64,000 nucleotides of DNA, taken from sequence record OZ196212.1; one strand, 5' to 3'. The first letter of the stretch is position 1. Each line of letters opens with the position of its first letter. This document shows, piece by piece, positions 62,130-64,000 of the stretch. Below the pieces are notes generated by a model. That model made no database searches and was not told the origin of the DNA. It saw nothing but the letters and a program-made list of their open reading frames with translations. Both the position numbers and the translations under genes were made by a program.

Positions 62130-63791
62130 ATGACAATTCAAAAGCCTATCATTGAAGAGCTTAGATATGTAAATGGTCAACCAGATCCATCACTTCGTCC
62201 CGACCAAACTCGAATCAATTGGGCGAAAAACGGTGAAAGCATTCTTGGTGCTACTGGTGACACGACTTCTGACGGCGTACTTAACCGTGCTCCTGTGCAG
62301 ATTCAAGAAAACATTCTGAACTCTCATAACAACACTAAAGCACAGCAAGAAACAATCGGTCAGCTTGTTGATACTGTAAACGAACTAACAGGCGGCGAAG
62401 ATGCTGACTTGGGTTCGCGTATGACAACTGCGGAGTTTGATATCAACGTTCTTGAGACTGAAGTTAATAATCTTCAATCTGACGTTGGCGCGGCATCAAC
62501 AGAGACTGCACTTGCTACTGGCATTCATCTAACAACTGAAAATATTGTTGATGACATTGGTGTTCGTAATCCACAAGATATCCCAAATGACGTTGAGAAC
62601 AACGACACTGTACGCAAAGACTTGTACTTCATCAAGCGTCGTATCGGTAACGACCGTAACTATGACGTGAACGGCAATTTAGTTCCTGATACTGCACCTA
62701 CGGGTATGAAGTTTCAGATTGATGACTTGTACAACAAAGTAGCGACCGTCAACCAAGAGATTGGCGAGAACGTTACACCGGGTACGATCAATGGTCGATT
62801 GACTGATCTTGAGCAGAATTCACAAGCAGGGTCTGTTACTGCAATTCGTGCAGAACTAGGCGATTCGGCTGACGCAGTTGAAGGGCGTTCGGTATACTTG
62901 CGTCTTGATGACATCGAAAGTCAAAATGCTGATTTTGTGATCGATATTGCTGCACTTGATGCAACTCTAGTGACTCCTGTTACTGGTCTTGTTCCGCGTG
63001 TTACTGCGCTAGAAACTGAAGTTGCGGGCGCGATTTCACAAGCAGATGCAAACGAATTGAGCATCACAACGATTTCTAACGACGTTGGTGTGTATTCAGT
63101 AGGCGACACGTACTCTTCTACGATTAAAGAGCGTCTAAGCTCACACAGCACTGATTTGACATCATTGTGGACTCGTGTCGGTGCGACAGATGACGATATC
63201 GGCTCAATCGGCAATCGAGTTAAAGAACTTGAATCAACCGTCGGTGATGTGAACTCACCTGCTGAATTTACAGCATGGTATGAAATCGCTCAGAATGCAG
63301 GTGATATTGTTCAGCTACGTGCAGATGTCGATGCTATGGGGCCGTCTACATTACAAACACGTCTGGCAACGCTTGAAGCTGCCGAAGCTGCCGCTCTTAT
63401 TGCGTCAGAAACGCCAGATGAAATCACAATCCCGACGACGCTAACTAACGTTGTTGATGTGATTGACGAAGAAGTTGAACTAGTCGGATACACATTTGTC
63501 GATGGTGCGTTGATTAGTAATGCTGCACGCACTGCTCCATTGACGATTGCATGGGTTATGTACGAACCGCACAGTCACACTCATTTGATCACGATTCGAG
63601 TTGAGATCACTCACCCTGATACTTCAGTTGAGATTCATGATTATACTCGTAAGTTGCGCGGTAATCTAGTGACACCTATTGCGATTTCTCATACTGCTAC
63701 GTTAGTGGCTGGTAGTGCAGTGAAAGTTTATGTTCAATCGGATTCAGTTGGTAGTTCAGTTGAGCACGATTCGCTATTCATTCGAATTTAA
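62130..63791 (+). CDS. wac: Fibritin (wac)
   Basis: L.YVNGQP…RINW.KNGE…GVLNRAPVQIQEN head; long segmented coiled coil. Confidence 0.9.
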   Translation: MTIQKPIIEELRYVNGQPDPSLRPDQTRINWAKNGESILGATGDTTSDGVLNRAPVQIQENILNSHNNTKAQQETIGQLVDTVNELTGGEDADLGSRMTTAEFDINVLETEVNNLQSDVGAASTETALATGIHLTTENIVDDIGVRNPQDIPNDVENNDTVRKDLYFIKRRIGNDRNYDVNGNLVPDTAPTGMKFQIDDLYNKVATVNQEIGENVTPGTINGRLTDLEQNSQAGSVTAIRAELGDSADAVEGRSVYLRLDDIESQNADFVIDIAALDATLVTPVTGLVPRVTALETEVAGAISQADANELSITTISNDVGVYSVGDTYSSTIKERLSSHSTDLTSLWTRVGATDDDIGSIGNRVKELESTVGDVNSPAEFTAWYEIAQNAGDIVQLRADVDAMGPSTLQTRLATLEAAEAAALIASETPDEITIPTTLTNVVDVIDEEVELVGYTFVDGALISNAARTAPLTIAWVMYEPHSHTHLITIRVEITHPDTSVEIHDYTRKLRGNLVTPIAISHTATLVAGSAVKVYVQSDSVGSSVEHDSLFIRI

Positions 63792-63802
63792 GAGGTAAGG
63801 TC

Positions 63803-64000
63803 ATGAACACATATAATGCAACTTCTCCACGTGAAATGAAAGACCTGATTTTAAGGCGCCTTGGTGCGCCTATTGTCAACGTCGAAGTGACCGAAGACCA
63901 AGTGTACGACTGTATTTCTCGTGCGCTTGAGTTGTTCATTGAATATCACCCAGACGGTGTTAATAAAACGTACTCAATCATCACATTATCAGCCGAGCAA
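63803..64000 (+). CDS. 13: Neck protein gp13, 5' part
   Basis: SPREMKDLILRRLGAPIVNVEVTEDQVYDCI.RALE.F.EYH.DG. Confidence 0.93.
   Translation, partial: MNTYNATSPREMKDLILRRLGAPIVNVEVTEDQVYDCISRALELFIEYHPDGVNKTYSIITLSAEQ

Overview
The window is 64 kb of a large T4-like myovirus. Gene order and protein types (AsiA, QueE, PhoH, M15 endolysin, lysozyme-less gp5, two gp12-like genes) point to a KVP40-like Vibrio phage; this assignment is inference, not a database result. From left to right: topoisomerase gp52 (3' part), a GIY-YIG homing endonuclease, queE, a late ADP-ribosyltransferase-fold protein, endolysin, phoH, asiA, a Tad2-family gene, a holin/spanin candidate, a four-gene long-tail-fibre cassette, an RNA-handling cluster (YkuK-like RNase H fold, Ro60-like TROVE-vWA/DUF2828, cyclic-phosphate receiver), a ~10 kb minus-strand tRNA array (26 intact tRNAs covering all 20 amino acids), Acb1/57B, 57A, gp1, and the tail/baseplate module from gp3 to the start of gp13. 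The most striking unexplained structure is a family of 8-10 non-coding elements in the tRNA array. They share a covarying 6-bp stem, a fixed 3-nt spacer and a C-N-G-C-R motif. They occur as free RNAs, as a YrlA/Y-RNA-like circularly permuted tRNA mimic, and in permuted form grafted into the anticodon arm of tRNA scaffolds. A Ro60-like gene lies nearby, suggesting a phage-encoded Ro/Y-RNA-like ribonucleoprotein system. All RNA structures were read by eye, with no folding or database search.
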